Shown piece after piece: positions 22,801 to 30,786 of a stretch of 64,000 bases of DNA (its first letter is position 1; each line of letters starts with the position of its first letter). Position numbers and translations under genes: made by a program. Under the pieces are notes generated by a model. That model saw nothing but the letters and a program-made list of their open reading frames with translations. It did no database searches and was not told the origin of the DNA. The stretch is from Escherichia phage UE-S5a: sequence record PP175015.1; one strand, 5' to 3'.

Positions 22801-25800
22801 GGAATATGACCAGCGTGAAGGTGCTACCGATGACCTGTTACGTGTTGGTGCTGAACAGATTGAACGTAACCTGCGTAATATTGCTCTGGGTGTAGATATT
22901 CGTCACAAAGTAATGAACCAGGTACAGACTACTGTTGACCAGATGGCTGCTGTTGGTGCTCCTTATGTGAACAACGGTAAAATCTCTCTGGAAGGTCTGA
23001 CCGTAGACCAACAAGTAGCTAAGCTAAATGAACTGTTCGATGCTGAATTAAACAAACGTCGTGATGCAGTACGTGCTGCTAAAGTAGAACCAGTGAAAGA
23101 AGTGCCAGCAATGGAACAGGTTGGTCGTGTACTGAAGTCTGGTGTACGCCTACTGTCTAATACTGCTATCTCTAAGCTGGCTAAAGAGATGTCTCCGGAA
23201 CAGCAAGCAGTACTGAAAGAAGTACAGAAATCCCTTGCTGCTAAAGACTATAAGGTTGTTTACGGTACACCTTCCCAACTGGATGCTTATGCTATTGAGA
23301 AGAATATTACTCGCCCAGCACCAGAAGATATTGAAGCTGCTGAAGCTGGTAATGCGTATGGTTGGACTAACTTTGAAGATAAGACCATCTACTTAGTTAC
23401 CCCTTCCTTAGAGACTCTGGTTCATGAATTGGTGCATGCTTCTACTTTTGAATCTGTACTGGCTCACTATGAGGGTACTCCTAATGAAGCGGTCCAGAAC
23501 ATTGAAGACCTGATGAACCAGTTCCGTGCTCTGGATGTTAAGGATGAATCCCCGGCAGTTCGGGAAGCATATGCAGATGCTCTTAATACTATTAACGGTC
23601 ATTTATCTAATGGCTTTATTGAGCCAGCAATGGCTAAAGCTGCTGCACTGAATGAGTACATGGCATGGGGTTTAACCAACCGTGAACTGATTAGTAAGCA
23701 GAAGAAAACCACTGCACTTAAGACTATGGTTCAGGCTGTATATGAAGCAATTAAACGTCTGGTATTCGGGCGTAAGAAAGCACCAGCTAATGCAGATGAT
23801 ATGTTCTCTGGCTTACTGTTTAACTCGTCCGTAGTTATGCGTGGGCAAGCTCCTACTGCTGCTGTAGCCAAAGATACTACTCTGTTCCATAACAAAACGT
23901 ATGGTGACAATACTCGTCTGGAAGAGCTAGGGAAAACCTTCGATAAACTGATTACTGACTACATTGGTTCTGAACCAGTACAGCAAGTAATTCGTAAAGG
24001 TAAGTTCTCTGATGCAGTGGTTAATGCGACTAAAGTAACTCGTGATGTTCAGGCTCATGGCTTCACTATGAATATGCAGGAACAACGTCTCTTTACTAAC
24101 ATTGTTGCTGCTCTGGCTACTGAGGCTGCTATTAATCCTGCTGCTCTGGCTCGTGCGCAGGAATACTACACACATGTTACTAAGAACCTGACCGTTGAGT
24201 CATTCATGGCTGACCCAGATAGTACTAACCCTGCTGACCGTTACTATGCACAGCAGAAGTTCGATACCATCATGGGTGCTAACAACATTGAGTTTGATTC
24301 ACAAGGTCGTTCCTCCTTACTGCCTACCTTTATTGGTCTGGCGATGGTAAGTGAAGAGGTACGTAAAGTGCTGGCTGATATTCCAGTTATGAAAGTAGAC
24401 AAGAAATCTGGCAATACCGCTGATGCAATGCTGACTAACATCGGTACTGCTGCAATGGCTAGTCTGAATGCTCGTGTAGCAGGAGATACTAAAGCTACCA
24501 ACGTACAGGAAGGTATGGATGCACTGGCTCAGACAATCATGCAGACCAGTCTTAATGCACAATCCTTCTATGATTCCGTTGCTACTCCTACGGGTAATGC
24601 TATTGATCGTGCTAACCAGTATCTGGTGGACTCTATTGATGTACTGTCTACCCGTGCTTTAGAAGGTGCTCGTGAAGTTGCAGCTAATACCAAGAACCCG
24701 TTGGTTAAAGGTGCTGCCCATGCTGCACAATTAATAGCTGCTATTGCTACAGAGAAGAATGGTGCAATCGTAGCCGAAGGTGTTATGGCTGCAATGAACC
24801 AAGGTAAAGTATGGCAACCCTTTCACGATCTGGTTAATGACTTAACTGGTCGTACTAAGAGTAATGCTTCTGTATATGATTTGATTAAGGCAGTGCGTGC
24901 CCAGGTACAGGCTGACCGTCAACAGTTCCGTGAACATCTGCCCACCACTATCGCATCTAAGTTCAGCCGTAAGCTGACTAATGATGAGTGGAAAGCAATG
25001 CATACCGGTATGGGTAAAACCGACTTAGCTGTTCTGCGTGACACTATGTCTCTGGGTGAAATTCGTGACTTGCTGACTGACCAAAAGATTGTTGACCGTG
25101 AAGTGAATAAGCTGGAAGCAGATTTGCAGAAACAAGCAGGACGTAACTGGCCTTTGATTAGCCGTAAATCTAAGCAACTGGCTCAGTACATGATTAATGG
25201 CACAGTTGGTAATAACTTGCTGCGTAATGCTACTGCAATCTCTCGTATGCTGGGTGAACGACAGGCTGCACGTTCTACTGTAGACGTAGCTCAACTGGAT
25301 AAACTGATTACTCTGTATGCACTGGAAGCAATGAGTAAGACTGACCGTGAGATGTTATCTTCACTGGCTCAATCAGAAGCTGATGGGATTGATTTTGCTA
25401 CTTCTTATCTGGTTGGACAGCGTAAAGATGAAATGGCTAAAGCCAAATCTGACATGCGTGCAACCCTGAACCAGTACAAAGGGTATATTCCTGGTGAGAC
25501 TAAACAGGGTGTTAACTTGATTGTTGCTGAAGATAGTCAGTTTGCTGATTTGATTGAGAAGTCCTATGTACGTCTGGGTACTTATCAGGGTAGCTCTGCT
25601 AATCGTGGTCCAGCACGTAGCTACTACTTTGCACCGGTACAGGCACAGGCTCCATTCTCGCAAGGTATCTTACAGAACGTTCGCAATACTGCTGGTGGTG
25701 TAGACCTTGGTACAGGCTTTACGATGGGTACAATGGTAGCTGGTCGTATCACTGACAAGCCTTCTGTAGACCGTATCACTAAAGCACTGGCTCGCGGTGA

Positions 25801-27226
25801 ACGTGGTAATGAACCACTGCTGCCTGTATATGATGATAAAGGCAATGTGGTTGCTTATGAGCAATCTATTGACCCTAACATGCTGAAGCACATTGAGGGT
25901 GAGAACCATCTCGCTCGTGCAATCGGTGTATGGCGTGGTCGTCAGGTAGAGGAAGCTAAGGCTCAGCGTTTCAACGATATGCTGATTGAGAACCTGCATA
26001 GCATGTATAAAAACGACATTAAAATGTCTGCCTCTAACAAGTCACAGTACGTTAACCTTCTTGGTTCTAAACTGGACCCAGTAACTGCTGATGCCCTTAA
26101 GCTGATGAACAGTGAAACTCGTCAGAAAGCAGAAAGTCTGTTTGGTCCTGGTGAGTTGTGGGTACGTCGTGACATGCTGAATGATGCACTGGGCTATCGT
26201 GCAGCTTCCGTAGGTGATGCCTGGTCTGGCAATTCTCGTTGGTCACCAGAAACACTGGATACCTTCAAGAAAGCTATGTTGGGTGTATTCGGCAACCGTG
26301 CTTATAAGTATGTAATGGGTGGTGAGAACCTGGTTCAAAACTTAGTTAAAGAAGCTAAGACTCTGATTGTAGTTAAATCAGTAGTTGTTCCTGCTGTTAA
26401 CTTCCTGGCTAACCTTTACCAGATGGTTGGTCGTGGTGTACCTGTTAAGAACATTGCTAAGAGCATTCCACAGAAGACTGCTGAGATTAACCAGTACCTG
26501 AAATCTCGTCTGCGTCAGGTAGATGCAGAAGCAGAATTACGTGCAGCTACTAACCCGAACCAGATTCGTAAGCTTAAGGCTGAAATTCAGTCCATCACTG
26601 ATAGTCATAAGCGTATGAGTATCTGGCCTCTGTTAGAAGCTGGTGAGTTTTCTTCAATTGCAGATGCTGGTATTGGACGAGATGACATCCTGATTACTGA
26701 AGGTAAACTTCACGAATACATGGATAAACTGGTTGATAAGTTACCTAAGTCTGTACGTAATGCTGGACGTTATGCCCTTATCACCAAGGATACTGCTTTA
26801 TTCCAGGGTATCCAGAAGACGGTTGAGTACTCTGACTTTATTGCTAAAGCAATCATCTATGATGATTTGACTCAGCGTAAAGGTAAGACTCGTGAAGAAG
26901 CACTTGGACGTGTAACGGAAGAGTTCATTAACTATGACCGTCTGCCTGGTCGCTTCCGTGGGTATATGGAAAGTGTTGGTCTTATGTGGTTCTATAACTT
27001 TAAGATTCGTTCTGCAAAAATTGCAGTATCCATGATTCGTAACAACCCGGTACACGCAGCTATGGCTATGTTGGCTCCAACTCCTACCATGTTTGGTAAT
27101 GTTGGTTTACCTATTCAGGACAACATCTTCAGTATTGCTGCACAAGGCAATCTCGGTTACTCCTGGGGCTTCGGTCAGGGACTTCGTGCCCATAACCTTA
27201 ACCCTTGGCTCAATCTAGCTAACTAA
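16874..27226 (+). CDS. Virion-encapsidated RNA polymerase (vRNAP), N4 gp50-like
   Basis: About 3450 aa (track ORF starts on TTG at 16856; ATG at 16874 has AGGAAA RBS); central region carries T7-like polymerase motifs: PLYVEADGVTNGP (motif A-like), RGIAKNPLTITIYGSGARG (motif B, R..K..YG), IFDGMNIG (motif C). Confidence 0.9.
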   Translation: MSTFDRLAGFADSITNAKQVDVSTATSQKQAAQGQSPFQLTPENAYNLQTGRVGNLGIGAFEPGSLQADFTQASPLEILNKYGNEQGLQILNSRANAADAVRQDLSKQRTNAEAFGDTLSGVGLGVANTLGGIAALGTGLVNDNAGASIASGMDWLNEGVHNLQSDALNATRKVVQNQNQISAQKNQRLYEEDIKNGENDLVASLSRIGRDAFDSVANTLNNGMAATDGLSEGVGSLFTGGPLIRGVSALGKVMVGGDKAVKGITLAAELGSRPAQVALSAGRVAAPAIAIGGMEAGGAYQQTASEIMKMSHQELASKSPVYQQHIADGLSPDEARRQTASETGIIAAGLTAPVAAATGPLVSKFELNPLKVGSLAGAGSNMLRETVEEGIQSGTSQFAQNKAIQGNVDAKRDLLKGVGEQAGLGALYGFGSAGVAQAPGTTVKAVGASAGPALRTTLAGASLVGSALAKAASPITNILVQRGEEVAKRNEQASPVSDATVNAAAQEATAQAEQAQATVQEAVDAMDISPEDKAAATQYAADLTQAMKFDPVELEQANPAIREAVSGSTNRVEAIQKMADLVNTAEDPNVQMEAAIQMYDNIMSMDSFINRDPGALANLEQGSPAANIVDQFSGLMANVQNTPKVLRAFRAIHSMIQEQAEAGKLKATEEANQAQANNIAMAADMSPEVLDADSVNMVLKHASEGKITLGNRQRAALQSAAALLQGAREFDAKAEELGLRPQDIVSKQIKTDESRSNEGQYSALQHAKRIRSAYNSGNFDLASAYLDDFMKFAQHMQNKVGALNEHLISGNADKNKSVHYQALTPSREWVRSRTGLGVNPYDTKSVKFAQQVGLEAKTVADIANALATAYPELNVSHVKVTPLDSRLDKPAAQVVKEFRQGGLDATQSQQTNEPVNQVDETPAPAQETTTTVQPKAKPVVENKTVPVKEASSKAEEVSTTKSETVDATLTNEDTTQKVAETKTEMETVFPVYNNDKTPNQFLKSFTLPEEPKSRTIGSESPLTDIKQALSSTARFEAFTQKENNALTSDVIKRYQDLMGFGETLKTTLSDRLAKFLANKNVGKRFAEGTEANRWVGGKLLNIVEKDGDTFKFNDQLLETAVLAGLQWRLTATQNAAVKDMKDVAAITGVEASLLPEGILAEFENAQTLVEATNSLAQKIESYWGLNRNPNAPLGYTKGIPMAMATEILSSLIEMGEVKESMLDVSEIDPDSNKTVGLYTIEKLDDNDAINKFPTAIEEAVLVEPEEKMYFGDDIPSVAQTQLRNPAVKNTPEQKAALKAEQATEFRVHMPMVNFYEALGRDNILELMGAGTLNPELLNVNTAKSLEGKNLSVSMAYDSLFGVINQLQEQENGLDTPIHYGYNMTRVGRMQMLGKNNPQSSKLVREAILPTFSTIDLSNENSQTFSDFQLGLSQALGIKVHNMSREAMSEKLTKALEGNLKPAVDMMVEFDKSGHLPADAVDILKTSLGGDKSFVALMALMEYARYLNSDDRANFNTPLYVEADGVTNGPINAMVLMTGGKFTSDWIKNTAKGGLFFGKAGKTMNEHRSQDDSVDLYEASTNGLQQALNELRTTYRNNVPVMNQMNHLQKLMDLFIKDFNLNEDGTLDLKRGIAKNPLTITIYGSGARGIAGKMVSAITDTIYERFSDVLQARAADPSISPAMAMFGKEAASEADAQAMLDTFLTSMEALTGNVPVMRKGELSIQQVEGALTGKLDPQKFTVSGNALKNLQENMLHLFVEPMRTGIRNTVGEGLMHSTENLQKATQIQSLVLQDMFQQAVQAKLAEKEKDPTWKKGDFLTQKELNEIQESLSPLAPMIETGSQTFYIAGSENTDVANQVLATNLDDRMRVPMSIYAPSQAGVAGIPFMTIGTGDGMMMQTLSTMKGAPKNTLKIFDGMNIGIDNITDASRKANEAVYTSWQGNPIKNVYESFTKFMKNVDFSKLSDETKQAIAKSALEYDQREGATDDLLRVGAEQIERNLRNIALGVDIRHKVMNQVQTTVDQMAAVGAPYVNNGKISLEGLTVDQQVAKLNELFDAELNKRRDAVRAAKVEPVKEVPAMEQVGRVLKSGVRLLSNTAISKLAKEMSPEQQAVLKEVQKSLAAKDYKVVYGTPSQLDAYAIEKNITRPAPEDIEAAEAGNAYGWTNFEDKTIYLVTPSLETLVHELVHASTFESVLAHYEGTPNEAVQNIEDLMNQFRALDVKDESPAVREAYADALNTINGHLSNGFIEPAMAKAAALNEYMAWGLTNRELISKQKKTTALKTMVQAVYEAIKRLVFGRKKAPANADDMFSGLLFNSSVVMRGQAPTAAVAKDTTLFHNKTYGDNTRLEELGKTFDKLITDYIGSEPVQQVIRKGKFSDAVVNATKVTRDVQAHGFTMNMQEQRLFTNIVAALATEAAINPAALARAQEYYTHVTKNLTVESFMADPDSTNPADRYYAQQKFDTIMGANNIEFDSQGRSSLLPTFIGLAMVSEEVRKVLADIPVMKVDKKSGNTADAMLTNIGTAAMASLNARVAGDTKATNVQEGMDALAQTIMQTSLNAQSFYDSVATPTGNAIDRANQYLVDSIDVLSTRALEGAREVAANTKNPLVKGAAHAAQLIAAIATEKNGAIVAEGVMAAMNQGKVWQPFHDLVNDLTGRTKSNASVYDLIKAVRAQVQADRQQFREHLPTTIASKFSRKLTNDEWKAMHTGMGKTDLAVLRDTMSLGEIRDLLTDQKIVDREVNKLEADLQKQAGRNWPLISRKSKQLAQYMINGTVGNNLLRNATAISRMLGERQAARSTVDVAQLDKLITLYALEAMSKTDREMLSSLAQSEADGIDFATSYLVGQRKDEMAKAKSDMRATLNQYKGYIPGETKQGVNLIVAEDSQFADLIEKSYVRLGTYQGSSANRGPARSYYFAPVQAQAPFSQGILQNVRNTAGGVDLGTGFTMGTMVAGRITDKPSVDRITKALARGERGNEPLLPVYDDKGNVVAYEQSIDPNMLKHIEGENHLARAIGVWRGRQVEEAKAQRFNDMLIENLHSMYKNDIKMSASNKSQYVNLLGSKLDPVTADALKLMNSETRQKAESLFGPGELWVRRDMLNDALGYRAASVGDAWSGNSRWSPETLDTFKKAMLGVFGNRAYKYVMGGENLVQNLVKEAKTLIVVKSVVVPAVNFLANLYQMVGRGVPVKNIAKSIPQKTAEINQYLKSRLRQVDAEAELRAATNPNQIRKLKAEIQSITDSHKRMSIWPLLEAGEFSSIADAGIGRDDILITEGKLHEYMDKLVDKLPKSVRNAGRYALITKDTALFQGIQKTVEYSDFIAKAIIYDDLTQRKGKTREEALGRVTEEFINYDRLPGRFRGYMESVGLMWFYNFKIRSAKIAVSMIRNNPVHAAMAMLAPTPTMFGNVGLPIQDNIFSIAAQGNLGYSWGFGQGLRAHNLNPWLNLAN

Positions 27227-27229
27227 ATG

Positions 27230-27262
27230 AAAAAGCCCCTCATTAGAGGGGCTTTAATTTTT
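27230..27262. terminator. Bidirectional terminator at the strand switch
   Basis: aaaaa-GCCCCTC-atta-GAGGGGC-tttaattttt. Confidence 0.65.
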
Positions 27263-27263
27263 A

Positions 27264-27764
27264 CTAAACTAACACCCAGTCTTCAGCTAATATATCTGAT
27301 TGGGATGGGACCCAAGGCATAAACTGGTCATCAACAGTTTTGATTCCTAACCATGGACGAGGTTTCAATTCATCAGCAAGTCCTGGACGCTCTAAGCTAC
27401 TGCTATTCCATTCTTGAGCAGCAACGTACTCAATGTACATTCCTTTACCATTCCAGCCTTTACGGGCTAGTTTGAAGCCGGATTTGAGAAGCTCTACTGC
27501 ATGACCAAAGGTGCAACCTTTTTCTACGTCATGGTACGCAGTTTCAAATGCAGATTTAGGTGACCAGCTAATATAGCCACGGAACTGAGGATGGTTAGAC
27601 TTAGAGTCTGGGTACTCTACTAAGTAACCTTCTTCTAATGGGTCTTCATTAGCAGGTACATCCCAGCCACGAAGTTTGCAGTATGTTTCTTTGTTCATTC
27701 GGAAACCATTTACACACTTGGTTCCGATATAATTGGTAAAATGGACTTTAATTTCTTCTGACAT
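27264..27764 (-). CDS. DUF2829-domain protein (Tad2-like anti-Thoeris candidate) with N-terminal extension
   Basis: Track start is GTG; ATG 27764 has GAGG RBS; C-terminal half LARKGWNGKGMYIEY...MPWVPSQSDILAEDWVLV matches the DUF2829 pattern as I recall it. Confidence 0.5.
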   Translation of the reverse strand: MSEEIKVHFTNYIGTKCVNGFRMNKETYCKLRGWDVPANEDPLEEGYLVEYPDSKSNHPQFRGYISWSPKSAFETAYHDVEKGCTFGHAVELLKSGFKLARKGWNGKGMYIEYVAAQEWNSSSLERPGLADELKPRPWLGIKTVDDQFMPWVPSQSDILAEDWVLV

Positions 27765-27882
27765 AACTACCTCAAATGAGAAAGCCCTCACTAGGAGGGC
27801 TTGTTTTGTTTTGGCTTCATGAGCCTTACCACATGTCGGGTAGTTCAGTACCTTTCGGTAAAAACTACCTTACACTTTTGAA

Positions 27883-28263
27883 TCAGATTGTACAACCACC
27901 ACCATCACAGGTGTTGTTTTCTGCAAAGGAAGCCAGAGCTTTAGCAGTCTCTTCTTTCTCATGCAGTGCCTGACGTAGCAGGTAACCTTCTAATTCCCAA
28001 ATCTTATTGAATGCATTTTCATATGCATACTGACGGCCTTTTTGCTCATCATAGATAGCTGGGTCAACACAGGCAGATACACCTTCAACTTTGAAGCCAT
28101 TTTCCAAGATGATAATGCAATAGGTTATCAGACCCAGGTTAGCCAAATCATCTGCCGGGAGTGCAGATGGATCAACAAATGCAGACTTCACTGCATCAGC
28201 TCCATTAAAATAGTAGACGCTCTTAATCTTAGCTTCGATTGCTTCTTTACTTACTGTTGCCAT
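27883..28263 (-). CDS. Phage gp49/gene-66 family protein (N4 gp49-like)
   Basis: Start moved to second ATG (MATVSKEAIEAK) with GAGG RBS; family call from recalled similarity to PF13876-type proteins. Confidence 0.45.
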   Translation of the reverse strand: MATVSKEAIEAKIKSVYYFNGADAVKSAFVDPSALPADDLANLGLITYCIIILENGFKVEGVSACVDPAIYDEQKGRQYAYENAFNKIWELEGYLLRQALHEKEETAKALASFAENNTCDGGGCTI

Positions 28264-28405
28264 TATTAGCCTCATAGAGTGGTTTGAGTTTGTACTTAAA
28301 CATGACTGCGTTGTTATAGGCTACGCTACCTGCAAACACCAAAGACTTGCGTCCTCGATTATCCGTTACCTCATAGGCATACGGGGTTGAGATTAGGTCA
28401 ATCAT
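28247..28405 (-). CDS. Small hypothetical protein
   Basis: Track ORF starts on TTG; only an internal ATG is available; weak. Confidence 0.2.
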   Translation of the reverse strand: MIDLISTPYAYEVTDNRGRKSLVFAGSVAYNNAVMFKYKLKPLYEANNGNSK

Positions 28406-28440
28406 ATTGATTATCCAATTATTAATACTCAAATAAAAAA

Positions 28441-28472
28441 GTCCCCCAGAGTGACGGCTCCAGGGGACTTAG
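28441..28472 (-). terminator. Candidate terminator downstream of the tRNA cluster (minus-strand sense)
   Basis: A-run on + strand followed by GTCCCC...GGGGAC inverted repeat (T-run in minus sense). Confidence 0.35.
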
Positions 28473-28713
28473 TACTATTTACCCATAGCTGGGAGGCTTT
28501 TGGTTCTTACCACGAAGACAGTCCACGCTGACTAGACTTGGGATTGATAGTCCCGTTCCTGTGGTAATTACTCAGGCTAGGATTTAAGGAGTTCCTATTC
28601 TCCAGCGAAATTCCCGTCGAGGGGAATAACAATACAATAGCAGTCACTGGACTGTCTTACCAGTGTTGTCTTTAGAGTGCGATGCAATCAGGACTATGTT
28701 ACTGCTGAATGGG

Positions 28714-28787
28714 TGTCCACTACTGGATTTGAACCAGTGACTTTCCGATTATTAGTCGGTTGCTTTCCCCGTCTAAGCTAAGCGGAC
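28714..28787 (-). tRNA. tRNA; anticodon loop reads CUAAUAA, i.e. anticodon AAU (formally Ile, unusual A34)
   Basis: Hand fold: acceptor GTCCGCT/AGTGGAC (one G-U), D-stem GCTT/AAGC, anticodon stem CCGA/TCGG, T-arm ACTGG-TTCAAAT-CCAGT; no encoded CCA. Confidence 0.55.
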
Positions 28788-28793
28788 ATAATA

Positions 28794-28869
28794 TGGTTAC
28801 CCGGACAGGATTCGAACCTGCGTCCTAGTTGGTTTACTAGTGGGGCTTTACCACTAAGCCTACCGGGTA
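28794..28869 (-). tRNA. tRNA with encoded CCA; anticodon arm non-canonical by hand fold (identity unresolved)
   Basis: Perfect acceptor TACCCGG/CCGGGTA, discriminator A, CCA encoded; D-stem GGCT/AGCC; T-arm GCAGG-TTCGAAT-CCTGT; anticodon region folds as CTAGT/ACTAG with a 6-nt loop. Confidence 0.5.
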
Positions 28870-29170
28870 TTAATAGGTGAGTCATGCCAGACTCTAACTG
28901 GCTCCTTCTTCGCAATCCTTACATACCCCTACATAATTATTGCGTTAAGCTTTTTTGTTTAAGTTTAAGTGAAGGCGTTCTTGCTGACTCATAATTGGGT
29001 TGGGCGTTTGACGAATGACTAGTTCGTTACTACCCGTTTGCCATAAGTACCTGGCGACTTTGGTTTGAGGTGGGAGTCCGAGTCCTGTACAGCCTTACCG
29101 TTCACACATTGGCAGCGTATCTAGAGTTGCACTTCCGGCAACTGGATTTAACTGTTACACCTCAAATAGG

Positions 29171-29245
29171 CAGTGGGGGATGGAATCGAACCATCAGTAT
29201 TAAGTCTTATTCGTGCACCAAGCACGCTAGTAGATTACTCTACCG
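29171..29245 (-). tRNA. tRNA-like element (canonical T-arm, acceptor pairing not resolved)
   Basis: T-arm GATGG-TTCGATT-CCATC present in minus sense; no matching 5' acceptor found by hand within 75 nt. Confidence 0.3.
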
Positions 29246-29315
29246 GAGGGAATCGAACCCTATCTACTTCACCAGACCCACCATAATTCTTCCAATTTAG
29301 AGTAGCATTGTCACG
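29238..29315 (-). tRNA. tRNA-like element (T-arm motif only)
   Basis: AGGG-TTCGATT-CCCT in minus sense; cloverleaf not resolved. Confidence 0.25.
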
Positions 29316-29367
29316 GTGGGTGCTTTAAATGCCGGGAAACATTTAAATATACAATGCTACTTTGAAT

Positions 29368-29445
29368 TGGTTATCAGTGAAGGATTCGAACCTCCGGTTG
29401 GAGTCTATAGCTTACCGCAGCAGCCCTCCAATCTAGCGGTGTCAC
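29368..29445 (-). tRNA. tRNA-like element with encoded CCA; possible long or interrupted tRNA
   Basis: CCA + discriminator + acceptor 3' strand ACTGATA + T-arm GGAGG-TTCGAAT-CCTTC; exact complement of the acceptor (TATCAGT) only found about 120 nt away at 29485-29491. Confidence 0.3.
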
Positions 29446-29493
29446 ACTTAGTCCAAACTTGAACATGTCAAGCCATCTCGTGCAACTGATAAT

Positions 29494-29560
29494 TGGTTCC
29501 GGCGTCTGGACTCGAACCAGAACACTCATGCCGTGCACGACACTAGTACCTACACCGGAA
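29494..29560 (-). tRNA. Short tRNA-like element with encoded CCA
   Basis: CCA, acceptor TCCGGTG/CGCCGGA, T-arm TCTGG-TTCGAGT-CCAGA; only about 66 nt, too short for standard D + anticodon arms. Confidence 0.3.
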
Positions 29561-29626
29561 TTAATTGCCAGGGATTCCACCTGGCTCCATCTGTTTTTAT
29601 AGTCACTCAGATATCGTCTGGACTGT

Positions 29627-29704
29627 AGGCATGGGTGGGAATCGAACCCACAAACCATTCAGCACTGTAGCCTCACGCTCTACCTATTTGAGCTATCACA
29701 TACC
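29627..29704 (-). tRNA. tRNA-like element
   Basis: T-arm GTGGG-TTCGATT-CCCAC, D-arm-like GCTC-AAATAGGTA-GAGC, acceptor GGTATGT/CCATGCC (6/7 pairs); anticodon arm not resolved. Confidence 0.35.
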
Positions 29705-30384
29705 ATTGATTAACTCCCCGTTTCTAATACATGGACGGGGACACTCCACGGTCGTTTGATAATCAGGACGACTCACTCCTGACTGACGCTTGGCTTATTA
29801 GGCTGCCATCAGAACAACATCATCGTTTGCATTTATGTTATTGGTTCGTTTCTAAAAAACCGCATAATCGCTTACGAAAACTATCAAAGAGTACACTAGC
29901 TCTGGGCCACGCTTGTGGACATCGGCCTACCTTCCACAGCTAATCAACTAATGCACTCACTGATAGCCCATAATAGGGGGGAGGGGACGAATCCTCCCTT
30001 TATACCCTATATTGCATGTAAGATCTAACAGTTCGATGTTGTAGGTAGCTAGGCTATCCGACATTTAACCCAGCCCATATAGGGGCTTATGTGATTAGAA
30101 TGCTCAACATTGAGCGGTTAGTTTGATAAGGGATCTGAAGCCTTATCCTAAAGATACTAACCTTTGGGATATAGCCTAAGATTCAGAAATGGCCCCTATA
30201 GGGAGAGGCCATTGATTAACCCGAATGTTGCTTTACATTTGCTGTGATAACCAATTCTTAAAATAGTCTGTCTGACGGATGGGGGTCCACCCCTAGCGTC
30301 AGTGCCATACGGCAAAGATTAAGTTAAGAAAGGTTATGATAGGAGTTCCTATCTCAAAGGATTCTAACAGAACCCTTCACGATA

Positions 30385-30555
30385 TTAACTACTCTTTTTT
30401 AATGCCTTTACTTCACCATCTTTATACCAAGCATATGGTATTAAGATTTTGCAACCTTCTGAATCAATGTGGAATGCTTTGTTCCCTTCAACAGGTTCTC
30501 CACCCACGAAAGAACTAACCTTTCCATTGAGCCAGTGAATAGTAAATTTGTTCAT
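30385..30555 (-). CDS. Small hypothetical protein (about 56 aa), below ORF-track cutoff
   Basis: ATG with AGGG RBS; MNKFTIHWLNGKVSSFVGGEPVEGNKAFHIDSEGCKILIPYAWYKDGEVKALKKSS; coordinates hand-counted. Confidence 0.3.
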   Translation of the reverse strand: MNKFTIHWLNGKVSSFVGGEPVEGNKAFHIDSEGCKILIPYAWYKDGEVKALKKSS

Positions 30556-30786
30556 GTTAACCCTGTTTGAACCAATCCCCTTCAGAGAGTATTAAAGGGG
30601 ACTGGTTCGGTTGTTGTTATTCTGGCGGCTTGTCACCACCGTGTTTACCACTGCATTTCCACAGGATAATGACAGTGATGATAAAAGCTATGTATGGAGC
30701 CGACACGTCTATAATCCTGACCAGTAGTAGCATCAGGACTATAAACACTACCACACCTAGCAGCAGCTTCTGAGCCACCTACCAGA

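Noticed and set aside
17124-27055. Many 60-140-aa ORFs on both strands inside the vRNAP gene
   Set aside because: All lie within or antisense to the uninterrupted 3450-aa vRNAP frame; low-complexity, no independent signals
29070-29943. Track ORFs 29070..29300(+), 29374..29658(-), 29565..29759(+), 29731..29943(+)
   Set aside because: They overlap the tRNA / tRNA-like cluster and the non-coding palindrome region, with no RBS and biased composition; interpreted as non-coding
30189-30212. CTATAGGGAGA as a functional T7-type promoter
   Set aside because: Not claimed as a promoter: the motif is embedded in a palindrome, would drive plus-strand transcription antisense to neighbouring genes, and N4-type RNAP II promoters are not known to resemble T7 promoters; kept only as a finding to test
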